63,854 bases of DNA, filler included, from 4 parts of 4 records of this genome joined end to end with filler, not necessarily neighbours in it, one strand, 5' to 3'. Positions 42,853 through 53,568 are shown, counted from the whole stretch's first letter. Program-made: numbers and translations. The notes: generated by a model from the letters alone, not told the origin.

Positions 42853-43452
42853 ATGAACACCCTCCCCCCAGACTGGCCGCCCATCTCAAGCCAGTTGATG
42901 CATTTTTATAGAATCTGGCAATCCCTGCGGGATGGGCCTGATGTGCCCTATCGCCGTCAGCTCAGCCTACGGCACATCAAAAGCCTGGCGGCGTGGCTCG
43001 TGATCCTCGATATACCCGCGCCTGGCAGGCTCAAGGTGAAGGTAAGCGGCTCCAACGTTGATGCGGTGTTTGGCAAACCGCTCACCAAGGTTAACCTTAA
43101 GGATATAACCGTGCCAGAGGCCAGCAAACCCATTGTTGCCTTCCATGAAGCGCTGATGACCCACCCGTGCGGCGGTTATGCCCATGATGTGATGACCATG
43201 GAGAACGGCAAACGGCTTGATGCGCGCTATTTGATGCTGCCGCTCAGGAATGATGATGGCGGTCATACCATGTGCGCGTCCCTTTGGGATGCCACGGCCG
43301 AGGGGTTTGCCGAGCCCCCGGTGGATCACAGGACCCGCATGACCCATAGTGAGCTTCAATACGCCTGCCACCTTGATGTCGGGTTTGGTCTGCCGAAATT
43401 TCCGGACTTTGAAGGCTACTTGCGCTCCAGAAGTTTCCCGGAGGACTATTAG
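42853..43452 (+). CDS. Stand-alone PAS_5/DUF1457-like protein, copy 1
   Basis: W.SLR....P.RR.L, VSGSNVD, LMLPL pattern; paralogous to the next gene. Confidence 0.75.
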   Translation: MNTLPPDWPPISSQLMHFYRIWQSLRDGPDVPYRRQLSLRHIKSLAAWLVILDIPAPGRLKVKVSGSNVDAVFGKPLTKVNLKDITVPEASKPIVAFHEALMTHPCGGYAHDVMTMENGKRLDARYLMLPLRNDDGGHTMCASLWDATAEGFAEPPVDHRTRMTHSELQYACHLDVGFGLPKFPDFEGYLRSRSFPEDY

Positions 43453-43546
43453 CCTATTTTGGGTGGGACGTTTTAGGGTGCAATTTGGCCCTATGGTGCT
43501 ACCCTTACTTGCAGATATCCTTAATATACGGTGATGAATATAGTTT

Positions 43547-44140
43547 ATGGTTGAAATGCCCAAAAGCTGGCCGGTCCTCCCCAAAAACCTGACCACTTTC
43601 TATCAGGTATGGCAGAATGCGCGCGTCAAAAACGGCGGTAATATCCCTCGTCGGCAGGATTTGAGCCTCATGGATCTGCGCGCCCTTACTCCCATGCTTA
43701 CAATCCTCAAGCTCGACGGCCCAGGTAAGATGCATGTGCGCATGAGCGGCACCGCCATGGATGCGATGTTTGACCAAAACCTGACCGGCCTGAACGTGGC
43801 GGATGTTTCAGAACCTGCCGCGGCAAAAGCCATGGTCTCCTTCCATGAAGCACTGCTTGCGCACCCTTCTGCCGGTTGGGCCAAAGACCTGCTGGTGTCT
43901 GAACGCGGCAAGCGCATCAGCGCGGAATATCTTTTCCTGCCGCTTCTGGACCGGGATGGAAACAGGGTTCTTTGTGCGTCGCTTTGTGACGCGGAAACCA
44001 CCGGTTTCGGCCTGCCTTCCGGTGATATGGGCACCCGAATAAACCATAAGGAATTCATGGGTGCCAAACACCTTGATATCGGTTTCGGGGTGCCTGACTA
44101 TAGCTTCAGCGTGCCGACTGTCGGCGCGAGCGTATCCTGA
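43547..44140 (+). CDS. Stand-alone PAS_5/DUF1457-like protein, copy 2
   Basis: Shares FHEAL, HP, G, LPL and HLD.GFG.P with copy 1. Confidence 0.75.
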   Translation: MVEMPKSWPVLPKNLTTFYQVWQNARVKNGGNIPRRQDLSLMDLRALTPMLTILKLDGPGKMHVRMSGTAMDAMFDQNLTGLNVADVSEPAAAKAMVSFHEALLAHPSAGWAKDLLVSERGKRISAEYLFLPLLDRDGNRVLCASLCDAETTGFGLPSGDMGTRINHKEFMGAKHLDIGFGVPDYSFSVPTVGASVS

Positions 44141-44171
44141 GAAGGATCATTCGAATGGCGGGGAAAGTTTG

Positions 44172-44615
44172 GTGACATTTAAAATAATCGCAGCAGGGCT
44201 TGTCAGTGCGGCCGTTACCCTGCCCGCCTTCGCGCGGGACTGTGACGACCTGCGGGGTGAATGGACCACAAACCTGAAGGCTACCGTTAGCTTCGATAAT
44301 GTTGATGACTTAACCGGCCAGATAACGGGCCGCTATTTCCCTGCTTCCATGCCAGAACGCGCTTTCCCGCTCACGGGCTTTGTAAACGCAAACGGCAAGG
44401 TTGAAGGCGACCGGCATTATGCGGTTGCGCTTACCTTTGCTGTCAGCTTTCAGGAGTTTGGCGGCATCACGTCATGGAGCGGTATTTGCCGTATGGCCAG
44501 GGGCGAAAACGGGGATGCGCCGGTAATCGACACCGAAGACCTGATCATCGCACCGATGGCAGATTATGTCTGGTCCCACGTGATCGATAACCACGATACA
44601 TTAATGCCAAAATAA
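44172..44615 (+). CDS. Secreted avidin/streptavidin-family protein (divergent)
   Basis: Signal peptide ending AFA; LRGEW, GQITGRY, FPLTG, TSWSG, HDT align by eye to streptavidin. Confidence 0.8.
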   Translation: MTFKIIAAGLVSAAVTLPAFARDCDDLRGEWTTNLKATVSFDNVDDLTGQITGRYFPASMPERAFPLTGFVNANGKVEGDRHYAVALTFAVSFQEFGGITSWSGICRMARGENGDAPVIDTEDLIIAPMADYVWSHVIDNHDTLMPK

Positions 44616-44757
44616 TCGATCAGGTCGGTTTATGAGGCAAAGCTGATGTGTGGCGTGATTTACGCCACACCTATATGCCACACTGGCGCCACAAAAAGGC
44701 GCACACTTTCGCCACACCCTTATAAGAAAAACCTGAACGACGGTGGCCTTCAGACAT

Positions 44758-44786
44758 GAAAAAGGCGCCAAAAAGCGCCTTCTTTT
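44758..44786. terminator. Bidirectional terminator
   Basis: AAAAAGGCGC-CAAAAA-GCGCCTTCTTTT between convergent genes. Confidence 0.75.
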
Positions 44787-44801
44787 GAAACTAATGCGGG
44801 C

Positions 44802-45284
44802 TTAGCCTTCCGTATGGGCGCCGGCGTCCGCTTTTCTTGCACTGAACTCTTCAATCGCAGAAGCGACTGTATCCAGTTCCTCGCAGCCCTCTGTGCACAG
44901 GCTGGCAAGCTTGTCACGGTTGCTTTCCGCGCGCGCCCTCAGGTTCCGCTTCAGGAAGGCAAGCGCCTGATACTCAAGGGCATTTTTGTCGTTCGGTTCA
45001 AGCTCAAGCGCTTTGCGGTAATACTTCAGCCCGCTGCCAACCCGGCCCTGAGCTTCATGCGCTTTACCAAGGCCGATCAGCGCGTCGATGTTCGCGGGGT
45101 TCGCAACAAGGGCACGCTCATAGAGTGCCTGGGCCTCTTTTGCTTGCTCTGACGTCATTGCACCAGACGCTTCAGCCACCAGTTGCTCAGATAATTCCTG
45201 ATATTTTTCAGCGGTTTGAGCAAATGATGGGCTTGCAAGAACACCCGCCAGTGCTGTTGCAACAAGCAAATTCCGGATACGCAT
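44802..45284 (-). CDS. Secreted TPR protein
   Basis: Signal peptide; YERALVANPAN and YRKALELEPND TPR signatures. Confidence 0.85.
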   Translation of the reverse strand: MRIRNLLVATALAGVLASPSFAQTAEKYQELSEQLVAEASGAMTSEQAKEAQALYERALVANPANIDALIGLGKAHEAQGRVGSGLKYYRKALELEPNDKNALEYQALAFLKRNLRARAESNRDKLASLCTEGCEELDTVASAIEEFSARKADAGAHTEG

Positions 45285-45432
45285 ATTTTACCTCACTTCT
45301 ATCAATTTGTTGGACGATAACGCGCAAAAAGCCGCCTGTCTTCTTTTTTAGATAAGGCGTGCATCAAGCACGACCAGCCCCTTGAGCAAACTTTAGGGCA
45401 AGAAAACAAACAATTGGTAAAGGAAGCTGCGT

Positions 45433-46761
45433 TTATGCGCGGCGCTCAAGAATGGCGACAAAAAAGCCGTCTGTGCCGTGGCTATGCGGGGCAAGCTGAA
45501 GGAAGGCGGAATTCAGCGCAAGTGATTGAGGGCATTCACTTTTCAGCGCTTCAGCCCACACAGACCGGTAGTCAACCGCCGTCCAGCGATCACCAGAGTT
45601 CGCGAGGAAATTTTCAACAATTTCTTCGTTCTCGGCTGGCAGAACAGAGCATGTCATATAGATCAGGCGACCGCCTGGCTTTATAAGCCCTGCTCCTTCG
45701 CGCAGCAAACCCGCCTGTACTTCGTTGAGATTTTTGAGGCCCTCAGCGTCAAAACGCCAGCGCTGATCCGGGCTTCTGCGCCATGTGCCACTGCCAGAAC
45801 AAGGTACATCCAGCATCACCCGGTCTGCCTTGCCCGCAAGCGGCGCGAGCGCTAAAGCGCGGCCATCACCCTCTGCTGCCAGTCGGGTTACCTGAATATT
45901 GCGACACCCTGCACGTTGCAGACGAACCCGCAACTCTTTGAGCCGCCCACCGGAAATGTCAAACGCATGTATCTGGCCCTTGTTTTTCATATCAGGGGCC
46001 ACGGCGAGGCTTTTACCGCCTGCGCCAGCGCACAGGTCAACCACCTGCATGCCGGGTGCTGCCGCCACAAGGCTTGCCGCCACCTGCGCCGCCTCGTCCT
46101 GCACCTCAACCAGCCCTGATTGATAAGCCTTTTCGTTGGCCAGGTTAACACGAGAACTTGACCGATATCCATCACTTGAAAACACATGTTTTTCAAATAG
46201 TTCTGAGGAATTACTAAGAATATTATTTAATGTATCATCCGGGCGTTTCAACCGGTTGATGCGCACGTCAAGCGGTGCTGTCTCATTAAGCGCGTTTACA
46301 GCTTCAATCAGTTCACTCCCGAAACGCTTTTCAAACCCGGCATGTGTCCACTTGGGCACATTGACCTGTATATTTACCGGTGCCTTATCCCAATCAAGCG
46401 TCGCTGCGGCCTTTATGAGCGCGGCCTCATGTTCGTCCAGCGCATCAGGGGCATGGGTATTGCCCTCTTCGCCAAAAAGGCCAAGCTGGTCTGGCGCTTC
46501 CTGTTGCAGGTAAAGAATAAAAAGCGCTCGAGCCGTCACCGGATGCGACAGGCTACCCAGCGCCCACAGGAGCCGCTCCCGCATACGCAGGATGGCATAT
46601 ATGGCTTCAGTGACCGCCCTGCGGTCTTTTGACCCCGCATACCGGCGCGCCCTGAAGTAGTCAGCCACGAGCCTGTCTGCTGGCGCGCCGCCGCATTCTA
46701 TAGCTTCTTCAATCTGGGAAAGAAGTTCTATTCCCGCAGCGATGCGCGCCGATGGCTGCAT
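45433..46761 (-). CDS. RsmB/NOP family RNA methyltransferase
   Basis: EVQDE, VDLCAGAGGKS, DVPCSGSG, YMTCS, DGFF. Confidence 0.92.
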   Translation of the reverse strand: MQPSARIAAGIELLSQIEEAIECGGAPADRLVADYFRARRYAGSKDRRAVTEAIYAILRMRERLLWALGSLSHPVTARALFILYLQQEAPDQLGLFGEEGNTHAPDALDEHEAALIKAAATLDWDKAPVNIQVNVPKWTHAGFEKRFGSELIEAVNALNETAPLDVRINRLKRPDDTLNNILSNSSELFEKHVFSSDGYRSSSRVNLANEKAYQSGLVEVQDEAAQVAASLVAAAPGMQVVDLCAGAGGKSLAVAPDMKNKGQIHAFDISGGRLKELRVRLQRAGCRNIQVTRLAAEGDGRALALAPLAGKADRVMLDVPCSGSGTWRRSPDQRWRFDAEGLKNLNEVQAGLLREGAGLIKPGGRLIYMTCSVLPAENEEIVENFLANSGDRWTAVDYRSVWAEALKSECPQSLALNSAFLQLAPHSHGTDGFFVAILERRA

Positions 46762-46770
46762 GTTTGTCCC

Positions 46771-48255
<1,485 letters not shown>

Positions 48256-48406
48256 TCAGTGTGGCGCTTGGCGAGCGCATGCCCCTGCCAACCTCACGTC
48301 TGCAGGGACGACCCTGTTTAAGATATTCGCCGTTCAATACCCTTAAGCCGTTACAAAAATCAAACGGATTCTTGCTTTCTGGCAAAACTAATCTGAGAGG
48401 TTGGTA

Positions 48407-49138
48407 TCAGGCCTCGTTTTCAGGCTCACCGTCACCGTCGGTTTTGTGCCGGCGGAAGCCTTGTGCGACAACAAACCATTCCTTGCTGTCCTGCCTGCTG
48501 GCTGGTGGCTTGGCGTGCTTGACGGTGCGGAAGTGTTTGCGCATCCGGTCCATCAACACGTTATCAGAGCCGCCTTGCAGCACTTTGGCCGCGAAAGTGC
48601 CGCCTTCGGCCAAAACGCGGATCGCAAAATCAAGCGCCGCTTCACAAAGTGCCATGGTGCGCACCTGGTCGGTCTGCCTGTGGCCGGTGGCTGAGTTCGC
48701 CATATCTGAAAGCACGACATCGGCCGGGCCATCAAGCGCAGCCATCAGTTTTTCTTCTGCACCTTCAGCCAGAAAGTCCATCACCCAGATATCCGCGCCG
48801 GGGATAGGCTCCACTTCCTGCAGGTCAATCGCTATAACCTGCGCGCCGTTCGGGCACCGCTCGGTAATCACCTGTGTCCAACCTCCTGGCGCACAGCCAA
48901 GATCAACAATGCGCATAGCACCTTTGATAATCTCGTAACGTTCATCCAGTTCCAGAAGCTTGAAAGCGGCCCGGCTTCTATAACCAAGGCGCTGGGCTTC
49001 CGCCACGTAAGGGTCATTGAGCTGCCGCTGCAACCACCGGGTTGACGACGACTTGCGGCCACGGGCAGTTTTCACCCGCACCTTGGCGCCACGAGCACGG
49101 CTTCTTGTATTTGATTGAGTATTCCAGCCCTTAGCCAT
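48407..49138 (-). CDS. rlmE: 23S rRNA Um2552 methyltransferase
   Basis: YRSRAAFKL, DLGCAPGGW, VLSDMA, KPPASR. Confidence 0.95.
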   Translation of the reverse strand: MAKGWNTQSNTRSRARGAKVRVKTARGRKSSSTRWLQRQLNDPYVAEAQRLGYRSRAAFKLLELDERYEIIKGAMRIVDLGCAPGGWTQVITERCPNGAQVIAIDLQEVEPIPGADIWVMDFLAEGAEEKLMAALDGPADVVLSDMANSATGHRQTDQVRTMALCEAALDFAIRVLAEGGTFAAKVLQGGSDNVLMDRMRKHFRTVKHAKPPASRQDSKEWFVVAQGFRRHKTDGDGEPENEA

Positions 49139-50474
49139 GCGTCTTCACCTTATTTGGTCTGCCCCCGGGGTTTCTCCCGCGGCGGCGCGGTCCTTGTCGT
49201 ACCGGCATATTCTCTAACTGCATCATACCACGCAAAATGCCTTCGCGTATGCCCCGGTCTGCGACGCGCAGGCTCGGCACATTCCACATGCCCAAAATAG
49301 CCTCCAGAATGGCACACCCGGCTACCACGAGATCTGCGCGCTCAGGCCCGATACACGGCTGGGCAGAACGTTCCTCATGGGTCATCTCAGCCACGCTACG
49401 CGATAGTGCATGAATATCTTTGGATTTCATCCAGGCACCATCAACCTTCTCGCGGATATAGCGCGGCAGATTGAGGTGCAGGCTCGCGAGTGTTGTAACA
49501 GTACCTGACGTGCCCAGAAACTGGGTCTGGCGCTTCTTGACAACGGCCGAGACGCTGTGAGCGTCTTCAAATGCTTGCAGATGATCCACAACAATATTGA
49601 CCATCTTATTATATTCGTCCCGTGGCACCGTGGTGCCCGAGATACCATAGTGCTCCGACAGGTTGACCACCCCCCAGGGAATAGACATCCAGCCGCTGAT
49701 CTCTGTGCGGCCGCCCGGCAGCACCCTTACCCAGATAAGCTCTGTGCTACCGCCACCAATATCAAATACGAGCGCATGCCTGTTGCCGGGCGCGATAAGC
49801 GACTGGCAGCCCATGACCGCAAGGCGTGCTTCTTCACCCGCCGAGATAACATCGAGGTTCAAGCCGGTTTCGCGCTTCACGCGCGCAATAAACTCTGCGG
49901 AGTTATCGGCCACGCGGCAGGCTTCTGTCGCCACGTGGCGCATGCAGGTCACGTTGCGGCGGGCGATTTTCTCTGCGCAAACTTTCAGCGCTTCAATGGT
50001 ACGGTCCATCGCAGCGTCCGATAGCATATTGCCGTTGGATACCCCCTCACCCAGACGAACGATGCGGGAAAAGGCATCGATCACGCGGAAACCACCACGG
50101 GTGGGGCGAGCGATCAGCAGCCGGCAATTATTGGTGCCAAGATCGATCGCACTATACACCGTGCGCACCGGCGGCAATGGCGGCCGGTTGCCGGGCCCTG
50201 CGCCTTGACGCTCAGCATTGGGCTTGCGCGCGCCCGGTTGAGCGGGCCTGGGTGATGGCCCCTTGACAGCCGCATCGGCTACAGCTTGTTCTGTTGTGGT
50301 GGAAGCGCCTGTTTGCGAAGGTGTGGTGCCTTGGACCTCACTCTTGTGGTTTGAGGCACGGCGGCGCGGCCGTCTCCTCTTTCTGCGTGAGGCACTTTCC
50401 TTGGAGCCAGGTCTGTTTTGACCACTTCCCTCAGATGCCTCCCCTGCGGGGCGATCCCGTGGGTCTAGCGACAT
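49131..50474 (-). CDS. Ppx/GppA family phosphatase with long basic N-terminal extension
   Basis: AIDLGTNNCRL, ATEACR, DIGGGSTE, DRGIREG. Confidence 0.92.
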   Translation of the reverse strand: MSLDPRDRPAGEASEGSGQNRPGSKESASRRKRRRPRRRASNHKSEVQGTTPSQTGASTTTEQAVADAAVKGPSPRPAQPGARKPNAERQGAGPGNRPPLPPVRTVYSAIDLGTNNCRLLIARPTRGGFRVIDAFSRIVRLGEGVSNGNMLSDAAMDRTIEALKVCAEKIARRNVTCMRHVATEACRVADNSAEFIARVKRETGLNLDVISAGEEARLAVMGCQSLIAPGNRHALVFDIGGGSTELIWVRVLPGGRTEISGWMSIPWGVVNLSEHYGISGTTVPRDEYNKMVNIVVDHLQAFEDAHSVSAVVKKRQTQFLGTSGTVTTLASLHLNLPRYIREKVDGAWMKSKDIHALSRSVAEMTHEERSAQPCIGPERADLVVAGCAILEAILGMWNVPSLRVADRGIREGILRGMMQLENMPVRQGPRRRGRNPGGRPNKVKTHG

Positions 50475-50603
50475 AACTCATCTCTTTTTCATTTTTGTTT
50501 TTATTCGCGGGATTATGCCCGCTCACTTACCTCCTCTTTAGCACCGATCAGAAGTTCAGCGCAATATAATTACTCACCTCGAAGAACCACCTTTATACGA
50601 TAT

Positions 50604-50661
50604 GTTCTACTTTTGTTCTTGACCGGCACCTCAACCACCCCTATAAGAACAAAAAAGGAAC
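50604..50661 (+). promoter_or_regulatory. Sigma70 promoter flanked by two alphaproteobacterial LexA boxes
   Basis: GTTC-N7-GTTC (50604-50618), TTGACC (50619), 17-bp spacer, TATAAG (50642), GAAC-N7-GAAC (50647-50661). Confidence 0.85.
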
Positions 50662-50674
50662 AGGAGCGGCAAAC

Positions 50675-50848
50675 ATGGCTTTTTCACATATCTTCATTCT
50701 GATGATGTTTATTATGATTGGTGCGATTGGCATGGCCTCCATGCAGGACGGCATGGCACTTGTGCTCAAACGCCTTTGCACTCTTCTCAGGAAGCCATCA
50801 TGGGCCGTTGACGTGAAGCCATCCTTTGGCCGCAAACTCACGTTCTAA
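50675..50848 (+). CDS. Unannotated 57-aa single-TM small protein, predicted SOS-inducible
   Basis: AGGAG RBS; MAFSHIFILMMFIMIGAIGMASMQDGMALVLKRLCTLLRKPSWAVDVKPSFGRKLTF; below the ORF-track size cutoff. Confidence 0.75.
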   Translation: MAFSHIFILMMFIMIGAIGMASMQDGMALVLKRLCTLLRKPSWAVDVKPSFGRKLTF

Positions 50849-50931
50849 GGTTAAGCCCACCTCACAGGTATCACCTGCGATGTTTTGTCATATTGCTGAC
50901 ACAAGGATGTGAGAGATAGGGTGAGATAGCG

Positions 50932-51110
50932 AAAGGCGCGGCGAACAACCTATATGGGTCGTAGCACCGCGCCTAATCCGAGCGAACCCCCAGGTATGCC
51001 CGGCCTTCGTAGCTCAGTGGCTGCCATTGCTGGCGCCCAGATGATCGCACCTCCCCAAGTTGATCATCTACGACTGAGTGTGTCGAAGGTTGGAGCATCC
51101 GACAAGATTT
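50932..51110. ncRNA. Candidate structured sRNA (hairpin + three-way junction)
   Basis: Nested complementary segments CCGGCCTTCG/CGAAGGTTGG, CTCAGT/ACTGAG, AGATGATC/GATCATCT, plus AGGCGCGG/CCGCGCCT. Confidence 0.55.
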
Positions 51111-51177
51111 GTCGCTCTCTGTCAAGAGGGCTTTCCCCATCCGCTGTTATTTATTTAAATTTTTGCCAATTAGACAC

Positions 51178-51206
51178 AAAAAAAGGGCCCGGAGGCCCTG
51201 TTTTCT
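51178..51206. terminator. Terminator of the SPOR gene, probably bidirectional
   Basis: A-run-AGGGCC-CGGA-GGCCCT-GTTTTC. Confidence 0.75.
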
Positions 51207-51222
51207 GACACTTTGGTCAGGT

Positions 51223-52059
51223 TTATTCTGCCGGTGCTGGCTCAGGCAGCGGTTCGCCTTGGTATTCAGATACCCTGCAGTATTGTTCACCTCCGGTGGC
51301 ACGAATACTGTCACAAAGGGCTGCTGCCTGCCCTTCGTTCTCCATCGGGCCAACAATAAGGCGAAGGAACGTACCAATACCCTCCTGGCTCTGTGTGTAA
51401 ACACGAGGCTCAAGCCCCTGGAGCTGATTTGAGAAGGCATTAAAGAGACTGCGCCAGCCGGATGCCACCTGATCCTGCGACCGGTAAGACGCCAAATGTG
51501 CACCATAAAATGTCTGGCTGCGCATCGCAGGGCGGTTATCCACCGGCGTTGCTGCGGCGGCACCAGCGTTGGCCGCAGGTTCCGGATCAGCACCCGTTTG
51601 GGATGTGCCCGTGGGCGCAGTATCAGTTTTTGGCGTGAAAGCCGCCGCCTGACGGTCCATTACCTCAACGGAATACACTCTGTTCTCAAGTGTCTTCATG
51701 TCCTTGCGCATAGCGCCAAGGTCGTTTTTCACCCTTGTCAGGCTTGCCGCCAGTTCAGGGTCTTTCTGGAAATTGGCAAGTTGCTGCTCTATCGCCTTGA
51801 GTTGGTCGCTCTGGGTGCGCAAACCGCGAACCAAATCCACATAAAGGCGCTCGAGCGCATTAAAGCGGTCTTTCAGTTCCCGGTGGTTTTCATTCACCGA
51901 GCCAACACTGCGTTCCAGCGTGGTCTGGCGCGCCTCAACCAAAACTTCTTCACCCTGCCAGAGGTTGCTGGACTGACAGCCCCCCAATACAAGCGCTGCA
52001 CAGGCAAGTTTTGCCCCATGTGCCAGAAACGAACCCATTTTTAAACGTGCGGCAATCAT
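51223..52059 (-). CDS. Lipoprotein with coiled coil and C-terminal SPOR domain (start 52059 or 52038)
   Basis: Lipobox LGGC; HLASYRS....W, LRLIVGP, ALC....C. Confidence 0.8.
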   Translation of the reverse strand: MIAARLKMGSFLAHGAKLACAALVLGGCQSSNLWQGEEVLVEARQTTLERSVGSVNENHRELKDRFNALERLYVDLVRGLRTQSDQLKAIEQQLANFQKDPELAASLTRVKNDLGAMRKDMKTLENRVYSVEVMDRQAAAFTPKTDTAPTGTSQTGADPEPAANAGAAAATPVDNRPAMRSQTFYGAHLASYRSQDQVASGWRSLFNAFSNQLQGLEPRVYTQSQEGIGTFLRLIVGPMENEGQAAALCDSIRATGGEQYCRVSEYQGEPLPEPAPAE

Positions 52060-52262
52060 GATCAAACCTTTCGTATGTCGGCCAACCACCTAAAAACACG
52101 GAGAAATATCGCACTCCGAAGGCTTGGCGCCACATTATCTGCAATCGTATAAGCAATTAGGATGCCAACATATGCGCAATTTTTTATCCCCTGCATCTTT
52201 ACTTTCGAGCGAAATTCCCCAACTGATATATCTCAGCACGATATAAAGGCAGCGAAGTACTT

Positions 52263-52802
52263 ATGGATATCCGCACCCTGTGCCTCGGCATTCTCAGCCT
52301 GGGCGACACCACCGGCTACGACATCAAGAAGATGGTTGCAGAAGGCGCTTTCAGCTTCTTCTCCGAAGCCAGCTATGGCTCCATCTACCCTGCCCTGACG
52401 AAGCTCACCGAAGAAGGCCTGGTGAATTGCCGCACCGAGGCGCAGGAAAGCAGGCCAGACCGCAAGGTCTACAGCTTGACGGCTGAAGGCCGCACCACGC
52501 TGGAGACGGCGCTGGCGCATTCTCCCAAGCCAGACAAGAACAGGTCTGAGTTCCTTGCGGCTCTTCTTTTTGCCGAGGCTGTTGCCCCAAGCCGCATTGA
52601 TGTGCTGATCAGCGACAGGATCACCCATCACCATAAACAGATCGCGCTTCTACAAGCTTTGCTTGAGAATGAAGAAGGCGATGCCGCCCGCTTTGTGCTC
52701 CAGTATGGTATTACAATGCAGCAGGCCGCCACACGCTTCCTCGAAGAAAACAGGTTTGCGTTGAACACGGAAGCCCCGGCCCAGGCAGGCAGTCTAGAAT
52801 AG
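52263..52802 (+). CDS. PadR family transcriptional regulator
   Basis: TGYDIKK, GSIYPALTKL.EEGLV, RKVYSLTAEG. Confidence 0.93.
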   Translation: MDIRTLCLGILSLGDTTGYDIKKMVAEGAFSFFSEASYGSIYPALTKLTEEGLVNCRTEAQESRPDRKVYSLTAEGRTTLETALAHSPKPDKNRSEFLAALLFAEAVAPSRIDVLISDRITHHHKQIALLQALLENEEGDAARFVLQYGITMQQAATRFLEENRFALNTEAPAQAGSLE

Positions 52803-52803
52803 C

Positions 52804-53568
52804 CTAGTCCATCCGCTTCTGCTTGCGCCGCTTCTCATAAGCGAAATATGACCACGGCATGCTGATCACATAGATCGTGCCGATCAGGATCATCACCAGC
52901 CAGGTGCGTACAAACAGCCCGGCAATCACGACACCAATCACCAGCATTAACGGCACAAAGAAGTCTCGCCGGATGCGAAGCGCCTTCAACGACACCGTCG
53001 GGAAGGTTGAGATGATAAGAACGGCCACGCCGACGGCATAGGCCGCCACCACCAGGCCCCACTTCTGCATTACAGACGCCTCAAAGGCGAAATCGACCAT
53101 CAACGGGATAAGAAGAAGGCTGGCACCCATTGGGGCCGGAACGCCGGTGAGGAAACCAAGGCGCTTGCGAGGCTCTTCCTCGTCGTCCATACGGGCATTG
53201 AACCGGGCGAGCCTAAGCGCCATGGCTGTGGCGTAAATAAGCGCCACGGCCCATCCAAGCCGGTCAAGAGACTGCAGGCCCCAGAGATATAGCACAACAG
53301 CGGGTGCAACACCGAACGAGACAACATCCGAGAGCGAATCCAGCTCCGCGCCAAAGCGGCTCGTACTTTTGAGAAGGCGCGCAACCGTACCGTCAAGGCC
53401 GTCAAACACACCCGCCAACAGGATCGCAAAAACCGCCATCTCCCACTTGCCCGCGAGGGCAAATCGGATAGAGGTCAGCCCCGCCATAAAGGCAAACAGC
53501 GTCACAACGTTCGGCAAAATTGTACGAATAGAGAACGCCCGAAAGAGCAGTGCTTTTTCTTTAGCCAT
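52804..53568 (-). CDS. pssA: CDP-diacylglycerol--serine O-phosphatidyltransferase
   Basis: DGLDG.VAR....SRFGAELDSLSD; RLARFN; next to psd. Confidence 0.92.
   Translation of the reverse strand: MAKEKALLFRAFSIRTILPNVVTLFAFMAGLTSIRFALAGKWEMAVFAILLAGVFDGLDGTVARLLKSTSRFGAELDSLSDVVSFGVAPAVVLYLWGLQSLDRLGWAVALIYATAMALRLARFNARMDDEEEPRKRLGFLTGVPAPMGASLLLIPLMVDFAFEASVMQKWGLVVAAYAVGVAVLIISTFPTVSLKALRIRRDFFVPLMLVIGVVIAGLFVRTWLVMILIGTIYVISMPWSYFAYEKRRKQKRMD

Noticed and set aside
44645-44720. Possible mini-CRISPR
   Set aside because: Units are 6 nt with 5-7 nt gaps, far too short, and there are no cas genes
50932-51125. Identification as 6S RNA, tmRNA, SRP RNA, a riboswitch or an IS110 remnant
   Set aside because: No diagnostic motifs recognised, the usual 6S gene context is absent, and there is no transposase fragment; left as an unassigned candidate
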